A stretch of DNA of 64,000 nt from an uncultured Bacilli bacterium (lineage in GTDB: Bacteria > Bacillota_I > Bacilli_A > RF39 > UBA660), in NCBI GenBank assembly GCA_944358305.1, contig CALVQK010000007.1, forward strand, positions 8,165 through 72,164, given 5' to 3'. A model generated the notes under the pieces. It was not told the origin of the DNA, searched no databases, and saw nothing but the letters and a program-made list of their open reading frames with translations. Positions 31,096 through 40,802 of the stretch are shown one piece after another (positions within the stretch are counted from its first letter, which is position 1; each line of letters begins with the position of its first letter). The translations under genes were made by a program, and so were the position numbers.

Positions 31096-31629
31096 CTATT
31101 CAGTGGGATTATCTAGATAGTCTTCATTTACTTCTTCATCTATTTTTTCATCAATAGTAGCATCACTATCCATTATCTCTTCCCAATCATCTACTTCATC
31201 TAATGTGTTTATACGCACCTTTGTGTCACCTACTAATTCAATTCCTAAAGTTTTATCGATAGTACAATTAATAACACTACCATTTATTTCTGCTTTACTA
31301 CAACTTGGTCCACTTAAACTTCTGATAATTACTTCTTCATTTTCGGTATCAGAATTTCCTTGAACATTAATAGTTTCCGTATAGTTTTTAGTGTCTTTTA
31401 GGACTTCAGTTTTAGTATCATTATCATAAGAGTACCAAATATTAACATCATAACTTCCATTTATAGTAACAGTTCCATTAGAAAAACTACCAGAGAAATT
31501 ATGATTTATTACCCAACAACCAAGAATTGTATTAGGACTATTAGTTACTTGTAATGATAAGTTATCAGTAAATTGTTTTTTGCCTTTACCAATAACGGCT
31601 TTTGTTACTATTTCTTTAAAAGCTGGCAT
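31096..31629 (-). CDS. cotE: Spore coat morphogenetic protein CotE
   Basis: KEIVTKAVIGKG, ILGCWVINH and YDVNIWYSY motifs. Confidence 0.9.
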   Translation of the reverse strand: MPAFKEIVTKAVIGKGKKQFTDNLSLQVTNSPNTILGCWVINHNFSGSFSNGTVTINGSYDVNIWYSYDNDTKTEVLKDTKNYTETINVQGNSDTENEEVIIRSLSGPSCSKAEINGSVINCTIDKTLGIELVGDTKVRINTLDEVDDWEEIMDSDATIDEKIDEEVNEDYLDNPTE

Positions 31630-31706
31630 GTATTTCCCTCCTCTAATTTAATCTATGCTTTTAACCCATAAAAAGTACATAAAATTAAAGAAAAAGAACT
31701 AAGTAA

Positions 31707-33551
31707 TTAGTTACTTAGTTCAATCTCAAAAGGATCTTCTTTTGTACCTGTCCCAGATGTTATAACAACATTTGATTTTAGATTTAGAGATGGTTTAATA
31801 CCATTGGGCACTGATAAACTATGAATGTTTATATAACCATTACCACTTACACTCCAGATCGTTGGAGTTAAACTAAAATATGATGTATTTAGAGGAGCTA
31901 TATTAATTTGACTTGCCATTAATTCTCCATATCTTAATAATCCTACTTTGGCATTGGTACTTATAGCAACCTCTCTCATAGTTATATCACTATATTTAGC
32001 TAATTTATAGTTACTTCCATTATTTATAGTACCTAAATACCAAATAGTGTTATCTTCTATCATATTTAATTGTTCACTATTCATATAAAATCCACTAGTT
32101 AAATATTCGCCATTTAAAAAATCTCCTATTATATTACTACTAGAGTAATTAACACTATCTCCAAATAATATTGTTTTAAAACTATCATTTTCTTTTAATG
32201 GCTCAGCACTCGTTATTTTTGTTAAGCCTCTTGTTTCATGGCTTATTATTCTATACAAATTATTTTCTCCAGTTCCAAATTTTATATATTCTCCGCTATA
32301 TCTTGTATTTAATTTAGCATCTAATAAATCCTCATCATTATCCCCCATTAATCTATATGGGTCATCTTCTGTTCCAGTTCCTGATACAATTTTCACATCA
32401 CTTTTTAAATTTATTGAAGGGCGTACCCCATATGAATTGATAGGATTGCTACTGTTCGCGTTGCCATAGTTACCCACACTCCACACAGCAGACGTACTAT
32501 ATGGTGTTAAGGTCCACCAGTAAAGTTCGTTATTTAAATATCCATTACTATAATTTGTTCCTCTATAACTTGTCTGATATTCATAAATATTTAATAAACC
32601 CACTGGATCTTCTACTACTGTTGATTCAGATGGTTTACTTATATCACTCATCATTGTTGCGTTCCACTTTGCATCTGTTACTATAAATCTTTCATAGTCT
32701 CTTAAATTGCCAAGAAATCCATCTACTGTTGCATCATTTAACCATTCTTCCATATAACTGCCTTCAAAAGCTGTATTTCCGCTTTCGTTATAAGTAACTG
32801 CACTTATATTCCATTGAGTTACCAATTTAACTGTCTTCGCTTCATTATTTACTGATACTGCTCTCCATAATTTACCACTATACCATATATAATTGTTAGG
32901 ATTTTCTCCTGTTATAAATGTCTGTTCAGGATCATCTGTATTTATATTATTAGAACTATCTGCTAGTAAAACGTCAGCGACAGGCTCTCCTACTGGTTGT
33001 GTTGCTACTACTCTTAACTTTCCTTTAAATACTTTACCACTTGCTTCTTCAGTAGTTGCATCATAGTCTATCCAGATCTTTAAGGTGTAGTTAATAGTTT
33101 CATCAGGTGCGATTGTTCCAAAGTCTACTCTTCTATTTGGATTACTTCCCATGGTTGTCATATTCCTAGTCATAAATGTTTCATCATTTTTTGTTAGACT
33201 ATATCTTATACTAGAGTCTGGTATTCTACTTTCTCCTTCACTTAATTCCATATCATCTAAATAAATTGTATAATCTGTATCTATCTTTCCATTATTTACT
33301 AAACTAAAGCTAAAACCATTAAGATTCATTCCTTCATTATCTGAAATTGGTATTTGTTTCTCTAAAGTAAGTTCATTTCCTTCATCCAACACTAAATCAA
33401 GAGTTCCTGCTCTTACCAAATATTCTTTATCGCCTTGTAATGTTGTTGTTAGGTAAGCGAATGCTATTCCTATTAAAAGAAGAATTATTATTACAATTCC
33501 TATTATTATATATTTCTTATTTTTCTTTATTGCTTCTTTCATTATATTCAC
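31707..33551 (-). CDS. Surface protein: SipW-type signal, TasA-like N-domain and two DUF6273-like repeats
   Basis: IAFAYLT; repeats NNYIWYSGKLWR..WWTLTP..GVRPSINLK..GTGTEDDPY. Confidence 0.6.
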   Translation of the reverse strand: MNIMKEAIKKNKKYIIIGIVIIILLLIGIAFAYLTTTLQGDKEYLVRAGTLDLVLDEGNELTLEKQIPISDNEGMNLNGFSFSLVNNGKIDTDYTIYLDDMELSEGESRIPDSSIRYSLTKNDETFMTRNMTTMGSNPNRRVDFGTIAPDETINYTLKIWIDYDATTEEASGKVFKGKLRVVATQPVGEPVADVLLADSSNNINTDDPEQTFITGENPNNYIWYSGKLWRAVSVNNEAKTVKLVTQWNISAVTYNESGNTAFEGSYMEEWLNDATVDGFLGNLRDYERFIVTDAKWNATMMSDISKPSESTVVEDPVGLLNIYEYQTSYRGTNYSNGYLNNELYWWTLTPYSTSAVWSVGNYGNANSSNPINSYGVRPSINLKSDVKIVSGTGTEDDPYRLMGDNDEDLLDAKLNTRYSGEYIKFGTGENNLYRIISHETRGLTKITSAEPLKENDSFKTILFGDSVNYSSSNIIGDFLNGEYLTSGFYMNSEQLNMIEDNTIWYLGTINNGSNYKLAKYSDITMREVAISTNAKVGLLRYGELMASQINIAPLNTSYFSLTPTIWSVSGNGYINIHSLSVPNGIKPSLNLKSNVVITSGTGTKEDPFEIELSN

Positions 33552-35345
33552 CTACCTTATTGTCGCTACTAAACGGAAAGTTATAGAAGAACGTGAATTT
33601 CCCTTTTCTTCTGTAACACTATAAGAAAATATTCCTGCACCTACATTATTTATAAAACTACCACCACGTAGCAACCAAGGATAATTTTCACTTAATGTAT
33701 CATGATAATCATTACCCCAACCCCACGTTTCTGATAAGCCATGACTTGTACATGCACTTCCATTACATGCTGTATTTATATTTGATGTTGCATATTTATC
33801 ATAATATTTTGACTCTGGCATTCTTATAAATCCACTATTGCCTGTTACATCATTATAATTACCCATTACGTACTCCCAGGCTCCTCCACTCGTATCATAT
33901 ATTCCATAGATATTTCCTGTGGTTGAAGCTCCTGTTCCATTTATCTCTACATTATATTGATATTGACATCCATAATCTGTATTTGTATTTGAAGAACTCC
34001 CATAACTACATCCTGTTATAAATTGATCTGATTTATTTTGATATATCTCTTTATTTGATCCAGTAAAACTACTATTTCCTAACTTTCCATATTTTGATTG
34101 AGATAAATATGCTACTACAGCCCATTCACTACTCTTCATCATATGGGTATCTGTTGTACTCTCTATCCCATATCTATTTCCATTATTATTCATTTTCGAG
34201 CTTAAATTAAAAGCGTTACTTACATTTATATACTGCCAACTAGTCACATTTGGTTTTATCATGGCATCTAAATCAGTTGTATTTCCTCCTCCATTTTCCG
34301 CACTTGGATTACTACTACTTGTCTCAAACTTTCCTACCCATATTCCTCTTAACTCTTCATCTCCAAATGTAAAAGCATCAGGTGTATACCAATCATCATC
34401 ACTTATTCCTTCACTTACTATGTATTTTGCACTTCCTCTATCTTTTGTATTCTCACTAACAAACTTTACATCTATTTCTCCTGGTAAGACCTGGGTTGGT
34501 GTTGTATCTAAATAATCTCCTTGTTTTCCATAATAATACGTCCCATCTTCACTTCCTATAGAGTAACTATACCTTGGTATCCATACCCACATTGTCTCTA
34601 TATCATCCATATTTACTACTGTCCCTACATTTGCATTCTTATATGTACTTCTACTACTTTCACTTACTGTTACTGCATTCGCCCACATTAAATCATTATA
34701 GTTATGCCAACTATTATTTAAGTTTGTTCTATCTGCTTTTACCCAGTTACTTCCATCATATGTTACTGGTATCATTCCTTCATCTAACATTGGCGCATTT
34801 GGACTGTTTTGTTCTCTATCATAACTTGTTACTACGATCTTACTTTGATATATTGTTCCTTGTGCTTCATTCCCTGCATCCTCATCTAACCACATATACA
34901 AAGTATATGTTACTGTATCGCTTGGCTCTAATACATCTTCTCCTATTATTTCAAAAGAACCTATCCCATAATCACTTACTCTTATTACTCCACTATCATA
35001 GCCATTATTTCCTGTTATTTTCATCTTTAAATTTGAATTACTTAATGTATTATTACTATCTTCTTCTAATGATACATGGTAATAAGCATTTATATTTCCT
35101 GTATTTGTTACTGTAAAAGTATAAGGAGTTGTTTGTAGACCTTCTTTATCAGACATAGGAGCGCTATTTTCTATACTTATATTATCACCTTCACTAAAAT
35201 CAACTTTTAGTATTCCTGCTGTTAGAGTTATTTCTTTATCTCCCTCTATAGTCATTGTTAATAAGGCATAACTTGCACCTATTAATGCTATTATACTTAT
35301 TAATATTATTACTACTGATATTACTATATATTTTTTCTTTGTCAT
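33552..35345 (-). CDS. Surface protein: SipW-type signal, TasA-like N-domain and C-type-lectin/FGE-like C-domain
   Basis: ASYALLT; MWVWIPRY, WVGKFE, GIYDTSGGAWEYV, RGG and TFRLV motifs. Confidence 0.6.
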   Translation of the reverse strand: MTKKKYIVISVVIILISIIALIGASYALLTMTIEGDKEITLTAGILKVDFSEGDNISIENSAPMSDKEGLQTTPYTFTVTNTGNINAYYHVSLEEDSNNTLSNSNLKMKITGNNGYDSGVIRVSDYGIGSFEIIGEDVLEPSDTVTYTLYMWLDEDAGNEAQGTIYQSKIVVTSYDREQNSPNAPMLDEGMIPVTYDGSNWVKADRTNLNNSWHNYNDLMWANAVTVSESSRSTYKNANVGTVVNMDDIETMWVWIPRYSYSIGSEDGTYYYGKQGDYLDTTPTQVLPGEIDVKFVSENTKDRGSAKYIVSEGISDDDWYTPDAFTFGDEELRGIWVGKFETSSSNPSAENGGGNTTDLDAMIKPNVTSWQYINVSNAFNLSSKMNNNGNRYGIESTTDTHMMKSSEWAVVAYLSQSKYGKLGNSSFTGSNKEIYQNKSDQFITGCSYGSSSNTNTDYGCQYQYNVEINGTGASTTGNIYGIYDTSGGAWEYVMGNYNDVTGNSGFIRMPESKYYDKYATSNINTACNGSACTSHGLSETWGWGNDYHDTLSENYPWLLRGGSFINNVGAGIFSYSVTEEKGNSRSSITFRLVATIR

Positions 35346-35457
35346 ATCTGTAACTCCTTTACTACTTAGGTTACCCATTTTCTTATACTTATATTCTATC
35401 TATTAATAATATTAACACATAGAGTCCAATATTTCAATTTAAAAAAAAGCAATAACT

Positions 35458-35814
35458 TTAGTTATTACTTTCATTTAAAAGCTTATTAAATATTATATTT
35501 AATCCTTCATTTATATTATTTAAAATTTTATTTATTTCTTTTTCCTTTGCTAAATATTCTTGATATAAAGAATTTTGTTCTAATTCTTTTAATAAACTAT
35601 TTAACTTAGTTTCTATTTCTTTGTCTAAATATGCTCCTTTGACATATTCTTTTTGTAATCTTTTTACCTCTTGCATTTTAGACATAATATCTTTATTATC
35701 TTTTAACTTTTCTCTTAAGTTTATATACTCTTTATATTTATCATCATCTTTAATAGCTTGAACTAACTCTTTCGCTTTGTTTTCTATTTCCTCATTACTT
35801 ACTAACTTTTCCAT
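35458..35814 (-). CDS. YmcA/YlbF (RicA/RicF) family protein
   Basis: Helical protein; miaB-ymcA-(cotE) synteny as in Bacillus. Confidence 0.7.
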   Translation of the reverse strand: MEKLVSNEEIENKAKELVQAIKDDDKYKEYINLREKLKDNKDIMSKMQEVKRLQKEYVKGAYLDKEIETKLNSLLKELEQNSLYQEYLAKEKEINKILNNINEGLNIIFNKLLNESNN

Positions 35815-37201
35815 CTAAACTCCATGTTTTCGCTTCTGTAATTTCTACAGGAATAATATTACCAAGTTCTACATCATCACCTGTAAAATTAACTAACTTA
35901 TTAGTATCACTATAACCAAAATATTCATTTTTTTTATCACTAATTCCTTCTACTAAAACAGGAACAGTCTTACCTACAAGTTTTTCGTTATTCTCTTTAA
36001 AATAAGAATTTACTATTTCATTGAGCTTATAAAGTCTTTGTTCCTTTTCTTCTTTAGTAACATTATCAGGAAGTTTTGCAGCAGGAGTGCCAACTCTAGG
36101 TGAATAAATAAAAGTATAAGCATTATCATATTTACATTCTTTAACTAAGTTTAATGTTTCTTCAAAGTCACTATCTGTTTCTCCAGGAAATCCTACTATT
36201 ATATCAGTAGATATAGCACAGTTAGGAATCATTTCTTTCATCTTATGAAATAAAGTTAAATACTTTTCTTTAGTATAACGTCTTCCCATTAATTTTAAAA
36301 TTCTATCACTACCTGATTGAACTGGTAAATGAATACTTGGCATAATATTAGGATACTTGGCAATTACTTCTATCATTTCATCAGTAAAATCCCAAGGATG
36401 ACTTGTCATAAATCTAATCCTAGGTATGTTTGTTTTAGCTACATCTTCTAGAAGTTCTGCTAGAGAATAATTATCATATAAGTCTTTACCATAAGCATTA
36501 ACATTTTGACCTAGTAGTGTTACTTCTTTATAGCCCTCTTTAATAAGATTATCTATTTCTTTTAAAATATCTTCTTTTTCTCTACTTCTTTGTCTTCCCC
36601 TTGTATAAGGAACAATGCAATAAGTACAGAATTTATCACAGCCATAAATAATATTAACGTAAGCTTTATATTTACTAGTTCTATCTACAGGTAGACTTTC
36701 TATTAAATCTCCTTCTCTTGAATATACTTCTATTTGTTGTTTATCTTCGCTTCTTTCTAATATTTCTGGTAGCTCATAAAAATTATGCGTACCTATTACA
36801 AAATTAACAAAAGGATATTTTGTTATAATAGTATTAACAACTATTTCTTCTTGAGCCATACAACCACATAAACCTATCTTTAAATCCTTTTTAGTCTGTT
36901 TTAAGTGCTTTGCTCTACCAAGTAATCCAAAAGCCTTATTATGGGCATTTTCTCTAATAGAACAAGTATTTAATAAAACTAAATCAGCTTCATCCATATC
37001 ATCTGTAAAAGTATAGCCTAATAATTCTAATATTCCTTTAATATTTTCACTATCATGTTCATTCATTTGACAACCATAAGTTTTTAAATAACACTTCTTA
37101 CCTTTATATTTATTAAGATATTTTGAATCTAATTTATAATCAATTTTCTTATAATCTATTTTTGTACTACTACGAGCGACTTTAAAATCTGGTAAATGCA
37201 T
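35795..37201 (-). CDS. miaB: tRNA methylthiotransferase MiaB
   Basis: TYGCQMNEHDSE, CDKFCTYCIVPYTRG and C-terminal TRAM domain. Confidence 0.95.
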   Translation of the reverse strand: MHLPDFKVARSSTKIDYKKIDYKLDSKYLNKYKGKKCYLKTYGCQMNEHDSENIKGILELLGYTFTDDMDEADLVLLNTCSIRENAHNKAFGLLGRAKHLKQTKKDLKIGLCGCMAQEEIVVNTIITKYPFVNFVIGTHNFYELPEILERSEDKQQIEVYSREGDLIESLPVDRTSKYKAYVNIIYGCDKFCTYCIVPYTRGRQRSREKEDILKEIDNLIKEGYKEVTLLGQNVNAYGKDLYDNYSLAELLEDVAKTNIPRIRFMTSHPWDFTDEMIEVIAKYPNIMPSIHLPVQSGSDRILKLMGRRYTKEKYLTLFHKMKEMIPNCAISTDIIVGFPGETDSDFEETLNLVKECKYDNAYTFIYSPRVGTPAAKLPDNVTKEEKEQRLYKLNEIVNSYFKENNEKLVGKTVPVLVEGISDKKNEYFGYSDTNKLVNFTGDDVELGNIIPVEITEAKTWSLDGKVSK

Positions 37202-37213
37202 TTTATCACGTCC

Positions 37214-37801
37214 TTACAAATTTAATTTTAAAACTTTTTCTACTTCTTTCATCGTATTATCTAAATTACTGCCATTATTGATAATACTTGTAATGTGTCT
37301 TTTATTAATATTTTCTTCCGAAAAATCAAGAGAATCTGCTAAAAATCTTCTACATAGTTCTTGATATTTAGGATTTTTTTCTCTTTTTTCCCTATCTAGA
37401 GCCCTTTGTAGTCTAAGGCCATCATCAATTGTTACTAAAAGAGAGATAATGTTTTCTATTCCATAAAATTTTACAAATTGATCTAAACCTTCTAAAGTAT
37501 TACTACCTACATAATTATAATTATCTAAATCAATACTAGAACTAGTTGTAAAATAATGCCAAGGACCATAAGCGGTCTTATATGTTCTTTTTTCAATTAT
37601 TTTACCTTCTTTTTCTAACTCTAACATTTCTTCTACAGTCTTAAAATAGTATTCTCTTCCCTCTACTTCTCCTGTTCTCATAGGTCTTGTTGTAGACATT
37701 ATCATTTCTTTAAGTGCAAATTTATTCTCTTTAATTAATCTTCTTTTAATAGTATCTTTTCCAGAAGAAGATGGTCCCATAAATAAAATTATTTTACCCA
37801 T
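37214..37801 (-). CDS. Guanylate kinase-like protein
   Basis: GPSSSGKD and TTRPMRTGEVEGREYYF motifs. Confidence 0.85.
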   Translation of the reverse strand: MGKIILFMGPSSSGKDTIKRRLIKENKFALKEMIMSTTRPMRTGEVEGREYYFKTVEEMLELEKEGKIIEKRTYKTAYGPWHYFTTSSSIDLDNYNYVGSNTLEGLDQFVKFYGIENIISLLVTIDDGLRLQRALDREKREKNPKYQELCRRFLADSLDFSEENINKRHITSIINNGSNLDNTMKEVEKVLKLNL

Positions 37802-37875
37802 AGTCTTTCACTTCTTTCTAAACAGTTTTATTTTACCATAGAAGCATTAAAAAAAGAAGAATTTATTTTCCTCTT

Positions 37876-38571
37876 TTAAACTGCAACTTCCATTATGACA
37901 TTTTTTACTATATTGTCCATGAAAGTTAATTTATTATTCATAAGTTCATTTTTGATAATGTCAAAATTCTTCTTAACTAAATCTACTATTTCTTTTACTT
38001 TAGGTAATAATCTAGTTTTCTTAGATAATTCTTTTACAATAGTCTCTAAATTAGTTAATTTAGTATATTTACCAAAGTTATCACTTTTAATAAATGTATT
38101 ATATAAATTATTAAATGAAACTAAATCGATATTATTAAATCTTTTATCTTCTAGAAGTTTTAAGGTTGTACATAAATTACCTGTTGAAATAGCAAGATCA
38201 AGAATTGTTTTTCCTTCATTATTTCTAATATTAGGATCAAGTTCTTTATTTCTTTTTAATTTTTTTATGATATTAGCAGTATGAAGATAGTTTTTAGTTG
38301 CAAGCAAATGAGCGAAAGTATTACCATCTTTATTTTGATGATTAATATCACTATTAGTATCATTAATATACTTTTCTACTAAATCATATTTTTTACTCTT
38401 TAATAGTCTCATTAAAATAGTATTACCACCCTCGTCTATTGTATTTAAACTAACTATTTTCTTCTTTATTAGTTTATCTACTAATTCTAGATGTCCTTCT
38501 TTTATAAGTTCAAATATCAAGGACGAGTCTTCTTCACAAGCATTAGTTGCTTGTGTCTCATCGTAAAACAT
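37876..38571 (-). CDS. Ankyrin repeat protein
   Basis: GNTILM, GNTFAH and GKTILD repeats; TTGACA-17-TACAAT promoter upstream. Confidence 0.8.
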   Translation of the reverse strand: MFYDETQATNACEEDSSLIFELIKEGHLELVDKLIKKKIVSLNTIDEGGNTILMRLLKSKKYDLVEKYINDTNSDINHQNKDGNTFAHLLATKNYLHTANIIKKLKRNKELDPNIRNNEGKTILDLAISTGNLCTTLKLLEDKRFNNIDLVSFNNLYNTFIKSDNFGKYTKLTNLETIVKELSKKTRLLPKVKEIVDLVKKNFDIIKNELMNNKLTFMDNIVKNVIMEVAV

Positions 38572-38709
38572 TTAAAACACCTCTTCTTTTACGTGCGGTA
38601 TTTATTGTACCATACGTCTGTTGTTTTGTCAATTTTACTACCTACTATCAGTATGAACAGTTACTTGATATTTATACATTCTTATTATAATAAATTTATT
38701 GTTACATAC

Positions 38710-38745
38710 GAAAAATCAAGCCTATACATAGCTTGATTTTTATCG
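38710..38745 (-). terminator. Terminator closing the recombinase-associated locus
   Basis: AAAAATCAAGC..GCTTGATTTTT inverted repeat. Confidence 0.65.
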
Positions 38746-38750
38746 TATTA

Positions 38751-39902
38751 TTATTTTTTCTTTATAGTTAAAACAGCTGGATTTACGGTACCTTTTACTT
38801 CTTCATCTTCAATACCATATTGTTTATTCCAATATACTCTATAAGCTTCACCATTTTTAGCGAAATGTGATAGAGCATTAGCGGTAGCGCTAGCCATAAA
38901 ACCACTTAAACCAAGTTCTTCACTATATACTTGTTTTTCTGCTTCTTCAAAAGAAACTCCTTCTGCAAATTTTTTCATCATAGAAATAGTCGCTTTTACT
39001 ACAAATACAGAATAACCATCATTGGTATTGGCATCAGCGAATTGTAACCACTCTTCAGTTGTTTCCGGATTAATTAAAGTTAAGCCTTCTTTCATAAGGG
39101 TATACTTCATTTTTTTGGCTTCTAAATCACTTTTTTCTTTATATTCAGCCCATTCTTTATCTCTTTGTGCTTTTAGAGCCTCTTCTTTATCAACTATACT
39201 ATCTCCAAATATTAAGCGTTTAGAAGCAAATATATCTTTATCAGATCTTCTATCATAACCATATTCAATATTGGGGTTTGAATATAATACTTCACCATCT
39301 TTTGAAGTAATGTTAGAAATTGCTGCACCATATCCAACAAATGGAATACCACTACAACCAATTTCTACATTTACGAAATCAGTTACATTTTTTAATTCTG
39401 CTGTTTCTTCTTGTTTAACACCATACCACCAACCGGTATAGGATACATCTTCACCAATATGCTCTCTTAATTTGTCAAACATTGCTTTAGCTAGGGCCTC
39501 TTTATCTTGTTCTTTAGTAGCGACAAACTCTTCAAAGGTCATATCTCCTTCTTCAAGTGGTAAGAATGAACCAACTTGAGTATGACAAACATATTTGTAG
39601 TCGTTAGCTTCCATATTGAAAATTAAGGTTCTGTAATCTGGATTATTTCCATATTGCTCTTTAACTTCATCAAAACTCATTCTTTTACCATAATAAATCC
39701 AGTTAGAATAATTTGATGTTTCTCCATCATAAGTTTTTTCACCGTCTATAACAAATTCTTTGTCATAAAAACGGAATCCTTGCATTTTTCCATCATTTTC
39801 AACTTTCATTGGATCTTTCTTTTCAATTTCTTCTACAGATGATTCACTAAATAGTAAACCTCTATAAATTTTTTCAACGTAACTTTTTGTTACTTTTTCC
39901 AT
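38751..39902 (-). CDS. Hypothetical protein (cargo of switch 1)
   Basis: 383-aa ORF with AAGGGGG RBS; no family recognised. Confidence 0.7.
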   Translation of the reverse strand: MEKVTKSYVEKIYRGLLFSESSVEEIEKKDPMKVENDGKMQGFRFYDKEFVIDGEKTYDGETSNYSNWIYYGKRMSFDEVKEQYGNNPDYRTLIFNMEANDYKYVCHTQVGSFLPLEEGDMTFEEFVATKEQDKEALAKAMFDKLREHIGEDVSYTGWWYGVKQEETAELKNVTDFVNVEIGCSGIPFVGYGAAISNITSKDGEVLYSNPNIEYGYDRRSDKDIFASKRLIFGDSIVDKEEALKAQRDKEWAEYKEKSDLEAKKMKYTLMKEGLTLINPETTEEWLQFADANTNDGYSVFVVKATISMMKKFAEGVSFEEAEKQVYSEELGLSGFMASATANALSHFAKNGEAYRVYWNKQYGIEDEEVKGTVNPAVLTIKKK

Positions 39903-39925
39903 ATCAATTTTCCCCCTTCAACTAT

Positions 39926-40100
39926 CGCAAAGTGTAATACTATAAGAAAAACAGCAATAGATACTATTTACCTTGTGGTTGATTGCTGTTTTCTTTTGTA
40001 TGAATCACAAACTTTAGGTGGTCAAAGTTGACAAATTGATAATTTTATGATAGAATTTATGCCATATCAAGCAGAAAATCTCAAAGTATTACACTTTGAG
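39926..40100. promoter_or_regulatory. Putative invertible promoter, switch 1 (OFF as assembled)
   Basis: Left site CGCAAAGT-GTAAT-ACTATAAG, right site CTCAAAGT-ATTAC-ACTTTGAG (inverted cores); internal TTGACA-17-TAGAAT (40028-40056) points away from the gene. Confidence 0.8.
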
Positions 40101-40112
40101 ATTTTTATTTGT

Positions 40113-40574
40113 TTATAATGATTTTCTGTTACTATTTTCTGCTTCCATTCTTTCATGAATCTTTGGAACTACAACTTCTCTATTAGCTTTAAGATACTCA
40201 TCCCATTTAGCATCCATTGGTCCAAATTTCTCATCATATGAAGGTACTCCTTCTATTTGAATCGAATCATCTAAGAAAGGTAAGGCATAAGTTAATCCTA
40301 AGTTTTCTTGAATTTCTTCTTCTGAATAAGCTCCACATCTTAAAGCCATTAAAGTTCTATTAAACTTTCCTTCATTCTTACCACAACTATCACTATAAAG
40401 CATCCAAACTTTTGATCCTCTAATATCTAGTGTGTCTAGTAGAAGAATATCCATAAAACCTCTTGGGTCTTGTATCATTTGCATTAAGACTGTTAATGCT
40501 CCGGGATTGCCTTCTGACATAACCATCATTAGATCCATAATACTCATATCACTTGTTATCTTCTCATTACTCAT
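40113..40574 (-). CDS. Hypothetical protein (cargo of switch 2)
   Basis: 153 aa; SEGNPGA..LDTLDIRGSKVWMLYSDSC motif resembles small phage-type proteins; AAGGGGG RBS. Confidence 0.7.
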   Translation of the reverse strand: MSNEKITSDMSIMDLMMVMSEGNPGALTVLMQMIQDPRGFMDILLLDTLDIRGSKVWMLYSDSCGKNEGKFNRTLMALRCGAYSEEEIQENLGLTYALPFLDDSIQIEGVPSYDEKFGPMDAKWDEYLKANREVVVPKIHERMEAENSNRKSL

Positions 40575-40599
40575 ATATAATTCCCCCTTATTTAACTAT

Positions 40600-40773
40600 C
40601 GCAAAGTTAAAAACTAAAAGAAATTATAGAGTTTTTTAAGATATTATTATAATTTATACTTCTAATGTTATAACAAAGTAAATATAATTTGTGGTCAAAA
40701 TTTGACAAAACTCGCTTTATATGTTAGAATTTATGCCATATCAACGAGTTATCTCAAAGTTTTTAACTTTGAG
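40600..40773. promoter_or_regulatory. Putative invertible promoter, switch 2 (OFF as assembled)
   Basis: Left site CGCAAAGT-TAAAA-ACTAAAAG, right site CTCAAAGT-TTTTA-ACTTTGAG; internal TTGACA-17-TAGAAT (40702-40730) points away from the gene. Confidence 0.8.
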
Positions 40774-40802
40774 AAAATAAAAAATCTCAAACACTTGAGA
40801 TT

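Noticed and set aside
31707-35345. Complete diversity-generating retroelement
   Set aside because: No reverse transcriptase, accessory gene or template repeat in the window.
40080-40100. The CTCAAAGT..ACTTTGAG palindromes as mere terminators
   Set aside because: This does not explain why each loop is matched in reverse complement by a partner site 150-180 bp away in all three cases. Switches 2 and 3 also have separate terminators beside them.
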